DNA from: an uncultured delta proteobacterium
Lineage (GTDB): Bacteria; Myxococcota; Myxococcia; Myxococcales; Anaeromyxobacteraceae
Length of the DNA: 64,000 bases
Direction: 5' to 3'
Assembly: GCA_963845515.1 (NCBI GenBank)
Contig: CAWJSR010000029.1
Coordinates: forward strand, 320,001-384,000
Below are positions 24,495 to 36,257 of the stretch, in pieces; within the stretch, counting starts at the first letter, position 1, and every line of letters begins with the position of its first letter. A program made the position numbers and the translations under genes. The notes under the pieces are model-generated. The model made no database searches, was not told the origin of the DNA, and saw nothing but the letters and a program-made list of their open reading frames with translations.

Positions 24495-24542
24495 GGAGCG
24501 TCTCCAGCCGCGCCGCGCGTACGGGGCGGCGGCACGAGGTGA

Positions 24543-25190
24543 CTACTCAGCGGCCGTCTCGCCCGAGGCGCGCCGCGCGAGCAGGTTCTCGAGCTTCAGC
24601 GCGTTGTACTCGACCTCTTCGACCATCGTCTTGGACTTCGAGCTGAGCGCGAGGTGGAAGATGATGCAGATCACCGCGATGGTGAGACCGAGCGCGGTGT
24701 TGTTCATGGCTTCGGAGATGCCGTTCGAGAGCATCACCTGCTTCATCTCGGGGCTGGCTGCGCCGAGTGAGGCGAAGGTCTGGATCAGCCCCCAGATGGT
24801 GCCGACGAGGCCGACGAGGGTCGCGATGTTGGCGAGCGACCAGAGCGAGGCGATCCGCTTCGAGATGGCCGGGGTCACCTCGAGCACCGCCTCCTCGAGG
24901 GCGCGGGCCACTTCCTGCTCGCCCTTCTCCGCGCGGGTCAGGCCGGCGCGGACGACGCGGGAGAGGGCCGCGTTGGGCGCGGCGCCGCAGAGCTTCACGG
25001 CCTTGTCGACGTTGCCGGAGATGACGAGCTTCTGGATCTGGTCCATGAACGGGCCGGCGTTCAGGTTGAGCTTGAACGCGAGGACCATGAACCGCTCGAT
25101 GACGATCGCCATCGCGACGGCTGAGACGACCAGGTTCACGAACATGACCGGGCCGCCCTGCTGGAAGAACTCGGCCATCTTGTGGATCAT
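24543..25190 (-). CDS. MotA/TolQ/ExbB proton-channel protein (AglR-like)
   Basis: ATLVGLVGTIWGLI, GISEAMNNTALGL. Confidence 0.88.
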   Translation of the reverse strand: MIHKMAEFFQQGGPVMFVNLVVSAVAMAIVIERFMVLAFKLNLNAGPFMDQIQKLVISGNVDKAVKLCGAAPNAALSRVVRAGLTRAEKGEQEVARALEEAVLEVTPAISKRIASLWSLANIATLVGLVGTIWGLIQTFASLGAASPEMKQVMLSNGISEAMNNTALGLTIAVICIIFHLALSSKSKTMVEEVEYNALKLENLLARRASGETAAE

Positions 25191-25312
25191 CTGGAGCCTC
25201 TCGACGCTGGCAGTGGGTGAGCCGCGTACCTTGTGCGCGTTAGTTCAGCGAATAGACAGCAGAATTCCCTACCAACAGGTCCAAGTGGGTGTCAAGCACG
25301 CGTTCCCGCGCC

Positions 25313-27808
<2,496 letters not shown>

Positions 27809-27823
27809 CGCCACGAATCCCTT

Positions 27824-28693
27824 CTAGGAACGCCGCAGAAAGTACCGGCCCGGCCGCTGCTCGCACAAGCCCTCGAGCTCCAGCGACAGCAGCGCGGCCA
27901 TCGCGGGGCCCGGGCCGAGCCCCGCTGCCCTCGCCAGCTCGTCCGCGTGACGCGGCTCGCTCCGCATCGCCGCGAAGAGTCGCCCCGCGTCGCCCGCCGG
28001 CAGCTCGGCCACGGGCAGCTCGAGCTGCGCGGCCCCCGCCCCCGCGCCGATACCGAGCGCCTGTAGCACGTCTTCCGCCCCTTCGGCGACCCGCGCACCC
28101 TCGCGCAGGAGGCCGTTGGGGCCGGCGGAGAGCCGCTCGCGGACGTCACCGGGGACCGCGAAGACCGCGACCCCGAGCCGGCGCGCGAGCGCCGCCGTGA
28201 TGAGCGCACCGCTCCGGAGGCCGGCCCTCACCACCACGACCGCCTCGGAGAGCGCGGCGACGATCCTGTTGCGACGCGGGAAGGTCCAGGCGGCGGGCGG
28301 CGCTCCGTCGGGGAGCTCGGAGAGCAGCGCGCCGCCCGCCGCGACGATCTCCTCGAAGAGCCCGGCGTGCTCGCGGGGATAGGGCACGTCGATGCCGGCC
28401 CCGAAGACCGCGATGGTGTGCCCCCCGGCCTCCAGCGCCGCGCGGTGGGCGACCCCGTCGATCCCAGCGGCGCCGCCCGACACGACGGTGACGCCGCTCC
28501 GGGCGAGCCCCAGCGAGATCTCGCGAGCGAGCTCGGCGCCGTAGGCGTCGGCCAGCCGGGTCCCGACGACGGCGACGCGGCGCCGGTCTCCGAGGTCGCC
28601 GCGCACGCGGAGTTGCTGTGGCCTGTCCGCCAGGCGCGCGAGCGCTGCAGGATACTGGCCGTCTAGCGGACCGAGCGTACGCGCCGCGTCCAT
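27824..28693 (-). CDS. dprA: DNA-processing protein DprA (alternative start 28741)
   Basis: VAVVGTR, VVSGGAAGID, FPRRNRIVAALS, SGALITA, AVPG. Confidence 0.92.
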   Translation of the reverse strand: MDAARTLGPLDGQYPAALARLADRPQQLRVRGDLGDRRRVAVVGTRLADAYGAELAREISLGLARSGVTVVSGGAAGIDGVAHRAALEAGGHTIAVFGAGIDVPYPREHAGLFEEIVAAGGALLSELPDGAPPAAWTFPRRNRIVAALSEAVVVVRAGLRSGALITAALARRLGVAVFAVPGDVRERLSAGPNGLLREGARVAEGAEDVLQALGIGAGAGAAQLELPVAELPAGDAGRLFAAMRSEPRHADELARAAGLGPGPAMAALLSLELEGLCEQRPGRYFLRRS

Positions 28694-28859
28694 TGAGCGG
28701 GGCGATATACCCGCGGGATCAGGGGGCGTCAAGCGAGCCATCCCAATGGCCCATGCACGCTGCGTGCAAGGCCGGCCGCGCCGGAGCGCCGAAAAGCGAA
28801 GCCGCGGCAGGGGGATCCCGCCGCGGCCGCGCCTGCCAGGAGCCCGTCCCGGGAGCCCG

Positions 28860-30104
28860 CTAGTCGCCGCCGGAGCCGGCCGCGTCAGGGCTCATCTCGA
28901 TCCGATCGCCGACGTAGAGCTCGACCAGGCTCCGGGTCACGAGCGCGGTGGAGCCGTGGTCCTTCACGTCGATGACGAGCAGGTCGCCGATGACCTCCTT
29001 GGGGAGATTGTCGTCCCACTCCGCGCTCGCCATCGGGCCGCCGTAGGGATCGCCCGAGCGGACGACCTTGAAGACGTTCCCCTCCACGACACCGTCGTTC
29101 TTCCCCTTGTCGAGGAAGACGACGTGGTGCTCGCCGAGCTGCGTGAGGATCTCCTGCTGCGCGCCGATGATGGCCCCCGTCAGCGTGGCGGTGTTGGGGC
29201 GGCGCGCGACCTGCTTCACGAACCGCTCCGTCCAGGGGCCGAGGAGCGCGCCGCGCTCGATCGGCTCGAAGGTCTGCGTGATGGTGAGCTTCACCGCCTT
29301 GTCGGAGACCTCGGTCACACGCCCCGCGCCGACCACCACCGTCTGGTAGCCGAAGGTCTCGTGCGTGAGCGGGTGGACGATCTTCCGCTCGGTCCGGTAG
29401 ATCACGTAGGCCTCGCCCTTCTTCACGGTGACCGACCGCTTGAAGCGGGCGTACGTCTGATCGGTCGTGGAGAGCATGAGCTTCTCCTCGAACGCCCCCA
29501 CCAGCTCACCCGACTCCTCGAGCTCGCGCCGCGTGATGAAGGTCTCGTGGCGTGCGGTGGTGGACCGCGGCGGGACGTAGCCGATCTTGTACGGACCGCT
29601 GACCGCGACGGCGTCGTCGTCCAGCAGCTCGCTCGGCCCGGTCAGCTCCCCCTTCGAGAAGTCCTCGAGCTCCCTGGGCCCCTCCGCCACCGGCGCCTCC
29701 TCCTCGACCGGCTCGACTCGCGCTGGGGCCTCCTCCGCCGACGGATAGAACCGGAGCAGCTGGCCGGGGTCGATCCAGTGCGGGTTGGTGATGTCCGGGT
29801 TGAAGGACCAGACCTTCGGCCAGTACCAGGGGTTGTTGAGGAAGCGCCCGGACAGGTCCCAGAGCGTGTCGCCGGGGCGCACGGTGTAGGTGTCGGGTGG
29901 CGGGACGGCCCCCTGTCCGGCGGCAGCGGCCGGGGCGGTCCCCTCGGGCGGAGGGAAGACCAGCGAGTCGCCTTCACCCGCTCCCTCCTCCCCAGCCCCC
30001 TCCTCGGCGGCGTCCGCGGGCTCGCCAGCACCCTGCGCCAGCGCCCGCTCGCCGAGCGAGAGCTGCGCGAGGGCGACGAGGGCGAGGATCTGGGTGCGGG
30101 TCAT
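28860..30104 (-). CDS. tsaP: LysM-domain protein, TsaP-like (type IV pilus secretin-associated)
   Basis: Signal peptide; YTVRPGDTLWDLSGRFLNNPWYWPKVWSFNPDITNPHWIDPG; upstream of dprA. Confidence 0.7.
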   Translation of the reverse strand: MTRTQILALVALAQLSLGERALAQGAGEPADAAEEGAGEEGAGEGDSLVFPPPEGTAPAAAAGQGAVPPPDTYTVRPGDTLWDLSGRFLNNPWYWPKVWSFNPDITNPHWIDPGQLLRFYPSAEEAPARVEPVEEEAPVAEGPRELEDFSKGELTGPSELLDDDAVAVSGPYKIGYVPPRSTTARHETFITRRELEESGELVGAFEEKLMLSTTDQTYARFKRSVTVKKGEAYVIYRTERKIVHPLTHETFGYQTVVVGAGRVTEVSDKAVKLTITQTFEPIERGALLGPWTERFVKQVARRPNTATLTGAIIGAQQEILTQLGEHHVVFLDKGKNDGVVEGNVFKVVRSGDPYGGPMASAEWDDNLPKEVIGDLLVIDVKDHGSTALVTRSLVELYVGDRIEMSPDAAGSGGD

Positions 30105-30835
30105 GGACGGCTCCTTTCACAGCGTGCAACGATCTGCTGCGCGGCGGAGACGGCGTCTCCAGCCGGGTAATCTTCCGGGACGCGGCGCGCGAGCGCGCAG
30201 CTCGCTTCGACGCGGCCGGCATCAGCGTAGTCGCGGGCGCCTTCGACCAGGGCGTTGTCGGCCGACGGGTGGCGCGGGTAGCGCGACACGAAGGACTCGA
30301 GCGCGTGCGCTCGGTCGACGCCGTTCCTGCGGCGAGCCTCGGCCAGCTCCACCTCCGCCTCCGCGGCGAGCTCGCGGCCGGTCGGGCGCTCGAGCTCGTC
30401 GAGCCGATCGGGATCCGGCTCGGCGACCTCCACTGCGGTCGAGAGCGGCGGCGGAACGCGGGCGGTGCGGACCGGCGGCGCTCGAAGGACCACGGGCTCC
30501 GGCGGCGCTCGGAGGACCAGGGGCTCCGGCGGCTCGACGCGGACGACGGCGAGGTTCGCAGGCACCAGCGGGCGGACCGGAGAGGGGGTGTGCTCGGCGG
30601 CGGCCGGTGCTGGCGTCGGCGCGGGCTGCTGGCGGGGGAGCCGCTCGGCCGCAGCGTCCAGCGTCTTCCACATGGAGTCGAGCCGGCGGGCCATGGCGTC
30701 GTTCTGGGCCTTCAGGGCTGTCACCTCGCCACGGAGCCCGTCGACCTCGCGGCGCAGCGAAGCGCTCCCTCCCGCGCACGCGGCAAGAGCGATGGCCGCG
30801 CAGGGCGCGGCGAACCGTGCGAAACGGCTCAACAC
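30101..30835 (-). CDS. CpoB/YbgF-like TPR lipoprotein
   Basis: IALAA-C lipobox, coiled coil, FVSRYPRHPSADNAL...DYPAGDAV. Confidence 0.65.
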   Translation of the reverse strand: MLSRFARFAAPCAAIALAACAGGSASLRREVDGLRGEVTALKAQNDAMARRLDSMWKTLDAAAERLPRQQPAPTPAPAAAEHTPSPVRPLVPANLAVVRVEPPEPLVLRAPPEPVVLRAPPVRTARVPPPLSTAVEVAEPDPDRLDELERPTGRELAAEAEVELAEARRRNGVDRAHALESFVSRYPRHPSADNALVEGARDYADAGRVEASCALARRVPEDYPAGDAVSAAQQIVARCERSRP

Positions 30836-30866
30836 TCGGAAAATTCTAGGTGAAGAGGGGCACCCG

Positions 30867-31667
30867 TCAAGGAACGACCCCTCCCGCGATATCGGGACTC
30901 TGCGCTGGACCCGGGGCGATCCAGGCTACCTGCCGGCCGGTGGCCCCCGCATCGCGCCTGTGGGAGAAGAAGAGCCGATGCTCGCAGGCGGTGCAGCGAG
31001 CGAGCCGGTCGATCCGATCCGGCAGCAGCCCGGCGGCGCCGAGGGCGCGCGCGTTGGCCTCCCAGAGGTCGAGCCTGGGCGCAGGATGGCTGCGATCGAC
31101 GACCCCCGGGCCGAAGGCCTCCTCGAAGCGGGCCGCGAGATCGGGCGAGACCTCGTAGCAGCATGGCCCGATCGACGGCCCGATCGCGGCGAGGAGCTCG
31201 CTCGGACGGGAGCCTCGCGCCGAAAGCTCCTCGACCGCGGCGGCAGCGGCGCGCGCGACTGTGCCGCGCCAGCCGGCGTGTACCGCCGCGACGGCGCCAG
31301 AGGCGGGATCTGCGATGAGCACGGGCACGCAGTCGGCCACGGCGACGCAGGCCGCCACCCCGGAGGTCCGGCTGACCACCGCGTCAGCCTCGTCGCAGGG
31401 GGCGCAGGGCGCCGCGGCGGTGACCACCCTCGCGCCGTGGACCTGCCGGACGCGGGCGAACGATAGCCCGGTGGCCGCTTCGAGCAGGCGCCAGTTCTCA
31501 GCGACGCGGGCCGGCTCGTCTCCGACCGCGCCACCCAGGTTGAGGCTGTCCCACGGCGCAGGCGAGACGCCTCCACGCCGCGTGCTGAAGCCGTGCGGGA
31601 AGCGTCGCAGCAGCCGGCTCGACACCAGCTCCACCGCCGGCGTCCGGGTTGCGCCGTCGACCCTCAC
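30867..31667 (-). CDS. pgeF: PgeF/YfiH polyphenol oxidase-like protein
   Basis: HGFSTRRGGVS, QVHG, ADCVPVL, HAGWRG, GPSIGPCCYEV, FFSHRRD. Confidence 0.92.
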   Translation of the reverse strand: MRVDGATRTPAVELVSSRLLRRFPHGFSTRRGGVSPAPWDSLNLGGAVGDEPARVAENWRLLEAATGLSFARVRQVHGARVVTAAAPCAPCDEADAVVSRTSGVAACVAVADCVPVLIADPASGAVAAVHAGWRGTVARAAAAAVEELSARGSRPSELLAAIGPSIGPCCYEVSPDLAARFEEAFGPGVVDRSHPAPRLDLWEANARALGAAGLLPDRIDRLARCTACEHRLFFSHRRDAGATGRQVAWIAPGPAQSPDIAGGVVP

Positions 31668-33379
31668 GCGCCCCGGCCCTCGCCAGGAGCGGCTGGCTCG
31701 CCGGGGGGTTCGACGCCGCCAGGAGCGGCGGGCTCGCTGCCGGGTTCGCCACCGGCCGGAGCGGCTGGCTCGCCGGGGTCGCCATCGTTCTTGGCGCTGT
31801 CGTCGCCCGCGGGCGGAGCGGCCCCGGCCCGGGCCTCGTCCCGCTCGCGCAGGGCCAGCTCGAGGTGGCCGGCAAGCTCGTCAGCCCTCGCCGCGCGGTC
31901 GCGCGCGACCTGCGCATCGCTCTCGCTCACCATGTAGTCGTGGCGCGCCGCGGTGAGCTCCCCCTGCAGCCGCTCGTTCTCGCGCCTGGCGGCGGCGAGC
32001 AGCCGGTCGCGCTCCTCGACGTCGGCCTGGAGCTCCTCTGCGCGGCGCGCCGCGTCGGCGCTCGCCGCCTCTGCCGCGCTCCGCACCTCCCCCAGCTCGC
32101 CCTCGATCGACGTCCCGCGCGCACGCTCTGCGGCCAGCTCGGCCTCGTTCGCCGCTCCGCGCTCCCGCGCCGCGCCCACCTCCTCCTCGAGCGCGGTTCC
32201 GCGTGCCCGCTCCGTCGCGAGCTCCGCCTCGAGCGCCGTCGCGCGCTCGCGGGCCGTCGCCAGCTCCGCCTCCAGGGCCGTCCCACGCTCGCGCTCCGCC
32301 GCCAGCTCCGCCACGAGCGCGACGACGCGCTCCGCCAGCGAGGTCCGCTCCGCGTCGACCGTCGAGAGCCGCTCCTCCAGCGCGCGCCAGGCCGCTTCGT
32401 GGCCCTGCTCGGCGTCGTGGAGCCGCCGCTCTGCGCTGGCGATGGCCTCGATCAGCTCCTTCTCCCGGGTCGCCTTCTCGAGCAGCAGCGCGTCGACCGA
32501 GGCGCCGTGCGCGCGCTCCTTCCTCGCGGCCAGGTCGCGCGCCTCGGCGAGCCTGCCGCGCAGGTCCTCCACCTGCCCCTTGAACCCCTGCAGCTCGACG
32601 TCCTTCTCGTGGAGCCACTCCCCGGCGTAGGCGACCTCGCGCTCCCGGATCTCCCAGATCTCGGCGAGCCGGGCGATCTGCGCCTCGCGCGCCTTCAGAT
32701 CGTCGCGCAGCAGCTGCATCCTGCCGTCGGCCGTCTGGAGGAGATCCCGGCGCGGCGGCGGACGGTTTCGCTGGGCCTCTGCCAGCAGGGCGTCGCGCCG
32801 GTCCGCGATCGACTGGAACGCCCGGGCCACGAAGAGCCTGTCCTCCTCGGTGAGGCTGCTGCGGACCTGGCGGTGCGGGCGCGGCGGCGGCGTCCCCGCC
32901 GCCTGCTCCGGGCGCGGCTCGGGCCGCGGCTGGGAGCCGGCCTCGGGCGGCAGGAGGTCGGCCTCCTCGATCACGGCGTCGTCGGCGCTCTCCACCTCTG
33001 CCGACGTCGCGAGGATCCTGGTGGCCAGCGCCCGCAGGACCGAGGTGTCCAGCGGCATCGCGAGGTAGCCGTTGGCCGCCCACGGGGTGCGCGCGTGCTC
33101 GGCCAGCGAAGCCGGGGCGGTCTCGGAGGAGTAGAGGATGATCGGAAGACGCTCGGTCGCCGCGTGGTGGCGCAAGCGGGCGCAGAGGCTGAAGCCGGAG
33201 AGGTCGGGCAGCTCGGCCCGGACCACGACGAGATCGGGGCGTCGGACGGCGATCTCCATCTCCGCCTCGGCGGCGCTGCCGGCGACGCGCGTGGCGCACC
33301 CGTCGTCCTGGAACAAGGACGCGAGCGAGAGTCCGAAGGGGTGGTCGGGTTCGACGATGAGTACGCGCGTTGAGATCAT
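31664..33379 (-). CDS. aglZ: AglZ-like pseudo-receiver plus coiled-coil protein
   Basis: RVLIVE...RRPDLVVVRAELPDLSGFSLC (no phospho-Asp), HARTPWAANGYLAMP, heptad repeats. Confidence 0.7.
   Translation of the reverse strand: MISTRVLIVEPDHPFGLSLASLFQDDGCATRVAGSAAEAEMEIAVRRPDLVVVRAELPDLSGFSLCARLRHHAATERLPIILYSSETAPASLAEHARTPWAANGYLAMPLDTSVLRALATRILATSAEVESADDAVIEEADLLPPEAGSQPRPEPRPEQAAGTPPPRPHRQVRSSLTEEDRLFVARAFQSIADRRDALLAEAQRNRPPPRRDLLQTADGRMQLLRDDLKAREAQIARLAEIWEIREREVAYAGEWLHEKDVELQGFKGQVEDLRGRLAEARDLAARKERAHGASVDALLLEKATREKELIEAIASAERRLHDAEQGHEAAWRALEERLSTVDAERTSLAERVVALVAELAAERERGTALEAELATARERATALEAELATERARGTALEEEVGAARERGAANEAELAAERARGTSIEGELGEVRSAAEAASADAARRAEELQADVEERDRLLAAARRENERLQGELTAARHDYMVSESDAQVARDRAARADELAGHLELALRERDEARAGAAPPAGDDSAKNDGDPGEPAAPAGGEPGSEPAAPGGVEPPGEPAAPGEGRGA
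32092..32308 (-). repeat. About five 42-bp (14-aa) coiled-coil tandem repeats in aglZ
   Basis: ELAAERERGTALEA / ELATARERATALEA / ELATERARGTALEE / EVGAARERGAANEA / ELAAERARGTSIEG. Confidence 0.8.
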
Positions 33380-33627
33380 GAATCGGAGTGCGCGACGCCG
33401 CGTGGGCCGCGGCCCAATCTATACCTCATCGCGGCCCCGCCGTGCCGAAGTGAGCCCGGAGGGGTCACGCGGACCCTGAGGAGGGAAGCACCCGTGCGCG
33501 ACCGGAACGCGCCCTTGCGTTCGCCTCCCCTTACGGTCGCCGGATTCGGGGGCCGGAGCCGAACGCTCCGCCCCTCCGCTCCTTTTCGGCTGTGTCTCCC
33601 GCGCCCCCGCGATAGACTCGCGCCCCT

Positions 33628-34740
33628 ATGGAAGGTCAGGGTCCGCTCAGCGAAGAGATGTTCCACTCCTTCCTGCAGCTCGCGGTCAAGCGGCAGGCAA
33701 GCGACGTCCACTTCGAGGTCGGCTACCCGCCGACCTACCGCGTCTTCGGAGAGCTGCTCGCTGCGAAGTACCCTCCCCTCTCCCACTCCGACACCGAGGC
33801 GATCGCCAACTTCGTCCTCCAGGCGCCTGGGGCGGGCTTCACTCCGCTCGACTTCCGCGAGGTCGACCGGAGCTACTCGCTGCCGGGGGTCTCGCGCTTC
33901 CGCGCCTCCATCTTCAAGCAGCGCGGCAGCTGGGGGGCGGTGATGCGGACCATCCCCTTCCAGATCCCGGACTTCGATCTCCTGAATCTCCCGCCGGTGG
34001 TGAAGACCATCAGCGAGGCGCGGCGCGGCCTCATCATCGTCTCGGGCGCGACGGGCAACGGCAAGTCGACGACGATCGCGTCGCTCATCAACAGCGTGAT
34101 CCAGCAGGAGCGGCTCCACGTCATCACGGTAGAGGATCCGATCGAGTTCATCTTCCCGCCAGGCAAGGGGCTCGTGATCCAGCGTGAGGTCGGCGCCGAC
34201 ACCGCGAGCTACACCGACGCGCTCCGCGCGGCCCTCCGCCAGGATCCCGACATCATCATGGTGGGCGAGCTGCGCGACCGGGAGGCGGCGGACATCTGCC
34301 TGAAGGCGGCCGAGACGGGCCACCTGGTCATCACGTCGCTCCACACGCCGGACGTCCCGCGCGCCATCGGCCGGCTCGTCGGCCTCTTCCCCGCCGACGA
34401 GCAGGACACGGTCCGCGGCAGGCTCGCAGACAACCTCCAGGCGGTGCTAGCGCTCCGCCTGCTCATGCGGTCCGACAGCACGGGGCTCGTCCCAGCGGTC
34501 GAGGCGCTCCTCGCCACGAGCAGCGTGCGCGAGATGATCCGCGACCCGAGCAAGGTGAACGAGCTGCTCAAGTACATGGAGACGGCGGGCGCCGACCTCG
34601 GCATGCACTCCTTCGACCAGTACCTCTACAAGCTCGCCGAGGCGAAGAAGATCGGGATCGAGACCGCGCTCGCCAACGCGACCAAGCGCGCCGACCTCGA
34701 GCGCCAGCTCATGATCGAGGCGGGAGGCCGCAGCGCGTGA
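33628..34740 (+). CDS. pilT: PilT/PilU-family type IV pilus ATPase
   Basis: ASDVH, GATGNGKST, EDPIE, QREVG, LRQDPDIIMVGELRD, AAETGHLV..SLHT. Confidence 0.88.
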   Translation: MEGQGPLSEEMFHSFLQLAVKRQASDVHFEVGYPPTYRVFGELLAAKYPPLSHSDTEAIANFVLQAPGAGFTPLDFREVDRSYSLPGVSRFRASIFKQRGSWGAVMRTIPFQIPDFDLLNLPPVVKTISEARRGLIIVSGATGNGKSTTIASLINSVIQQERLHVITVEDPIEFIFPPGKGLVIQREVGADTASYTDALRAALRQDPDIIMVGELRDREAADICLKAAETGHLVITSLHTPDVPRAIGRLVGLFPADEQDTVRGRLADNLQAVLALRLLMRSDSTGLVPAVEALLATSSVREMIRDPSKVNELLKYMETAGADLGMHSFDQYLYKLAEAKKIGIETALANATKRADLERQLMIEAGGRSA

Positions 34741-35630
34741 GCCCCGCCGGCGCCACAGCGGCGTCGCGCGTTCTGGTGGTGGGCTCGGACGCCGACGTCA
34801 CGATCGCGCTTCACCTGCACCTCGACAGGGCGGGTTACGCGGTCTATTGCATGCCCGGTCCGGAGGAGCTGGACCCGATCGCGCGCGTCGTCACGCCGTC
34901 CGTCCTGGTGCTCATCCTGCCGGCGCAGCCCGACGCGACGTGGGGCGCCGCGCTGACGACTGCCGCGACGGCCTCCAAGGCCGGGGTGATGGTGGTGATG
35001 GTCGCGCCGCAGCGCGACGTGGTGCAGTCGCTCGCCGCCGTGGCCGGGGCCAGCCGGGCGCTCTCGCGCGCCGAGGTGCTCGCTCGCCCGCTGCTCGTGG
35101 TGGAGCGCCCCGGCGGCGCCCTGCCCCACACCTCGCCTCCCCAGGCGCCTCCGCAACCTCCTCCTCCGGGCGCCGCCTTCGGCGTGCCGCCGCCGATGCC
35201 GCCGCCCATGCAGGCGCCACCGCGACCGCGCGCGGGGCCGGCCGTCGACCTGCTCGCGCTCATCGACGAGGAGCTCTGGGACGAGCCAAAGGGGCGCCCA
35301 CCGATCACGCGCGTCGAGGTGAACGTGAGCCTCGTCTCGGAGCACAACTTCTTCGTGGGCCCCTCCAAGCGGATCGACTCCGGCGGCGTCTTCATCGCAA
35401 CCGCGATGCCGCCACCGATCGGCACGCGGCTGCAGGTCCGGCTCGGGCTCGCGGACGGCCGGAAGGTCGACGTCGACGGCGAGGTCGTCTTCGTCCGCCC
35501 GAAGACCGCCACCGTCGGCCGCGAGCCGACCGGCTGCGGCGTGAAGCTGCTCAGCCTGCCTCCCTGGGTGATCGACGCGATCGACCGGTTCGTGTCGGCG
35601 CGGCAGCCGATCACCTTCCAGCCGCGGTAG
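34737..35630 (+). CDS. Degenerate receiver plus myxobacterial PilZ-like (TIGR02266-type) domain protein
   Basis: C-terminal 'SEHNFFVG...IDSGGVFIAT...GEVVFVR...GCGVKL...IDRFVSARQPI'; Pro-rich linker. Confidence 0.7.
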   Translation: MSPAGATAASRVLVVGSDADVTIALHLHLDRAGYAVYCMPGPEELDPIARVVTPSVLVLILPAQPDATWGAALTTAATASKAGVMVVMVAPQRDVVQSLAAVAGASRALSRAEVLARPLLVVERPGGALPHTSPPQAPPQPPPPGAAFGVPPPMPPPMQAPPRPRAGPAVDLLALIDEELWDEPKGRPPITRVEVNVSLVSEHNFFVGPSKRIDSGGVFIATAMPPPIGTRLQVRLGLADGRKVDVDGEVVFVRPKTATVGREPTGCGVKLLSLPPWVIDAIDRFVSARQPITFQPR

Positions 35631-35673
35631 GGAGCCTTACCGGCGCCGCGCCGCTCGCCGCGGGGGAGTCCAG

Positions 35674-36126
35674 ATGACGCTCGACGAGATCACGCGCTAC
35701 CTGCACGAGCACATCCCCCTCACCCGAGACCTCGGCGCGGTCGTCGAGGCGTGGGACGGCGCGACGGTCCGCCTGGGCGCCCCGCTCGCGCCGAACCTCA
35801 ACCACCGGAGCACCGCCTTCGGCGGAAGCCTCTCGGCGCTGGCCATCCTGTCCGGCTGGGCGCTCGTCCACCTGGCGCTCAGCGAGCGCGGCATCCAGGC
35901 CCGAGTCGTCATCCAACGGACCGAGCTGGACTTCCAGGAGCCGGTGGACGGCGACTTCACCGCCACCTCCTCGCTGCCGCCCGCGAAGGACTGGGAGCGC
36001 TTTCTCACGACGCTGGCGCGCCACCGGCGGGCGCGGATAACCGTCGGGTCGACGCTCCGATGGCCCTCCGGGGTCGGCGGCGAGCACCGAGGGACGTACG
36101 TGGCGGTCCTGGTGGGGCCGCGCTGA
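35674..36126 (+). CDS. YiiD C-terminal-type hot-dog thioesterase
   Basis: HEHIPLT, APLAPNLNHRSTAFGGSL..LSGW. Confidence 0.85.
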   Translation: MTLDEITRYLHEHIPLTRDLGAVVEAWDGATVRLGAPLAPNLNHRSTAFGGSLSALAILSGWALVHLALSERGIQARVVIQRTELDFQEPVDGDFTATSSLPPAKDWERFLTTLARHRRARITVGSTLRWPSGVGGEHRGTYVAVLVGPR

Positions 36127-36151
36127 CGGCGGGGCGGCCCGCGCCGGCGGA

Positions 36152-36241
36152 TCACTCCCCGATGATCTTCACGAGGACCCGCTTGTCGCGGCGGCCGTCG
36201 AACTCGCCGTAGAAGATCTGCTCCCAGGGGCCGTGCAGACG
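36152..36241 (-). pseudogene. yjbQ: C-terminal remnant of YjbQ/UPF0047
   Basis: Reads [29 protein letters not shown]; no start codon and no room before the prfB stop. Confidence 0.75.
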
Positions 36242-36257
36242 TATTGGGGGACGAGAC

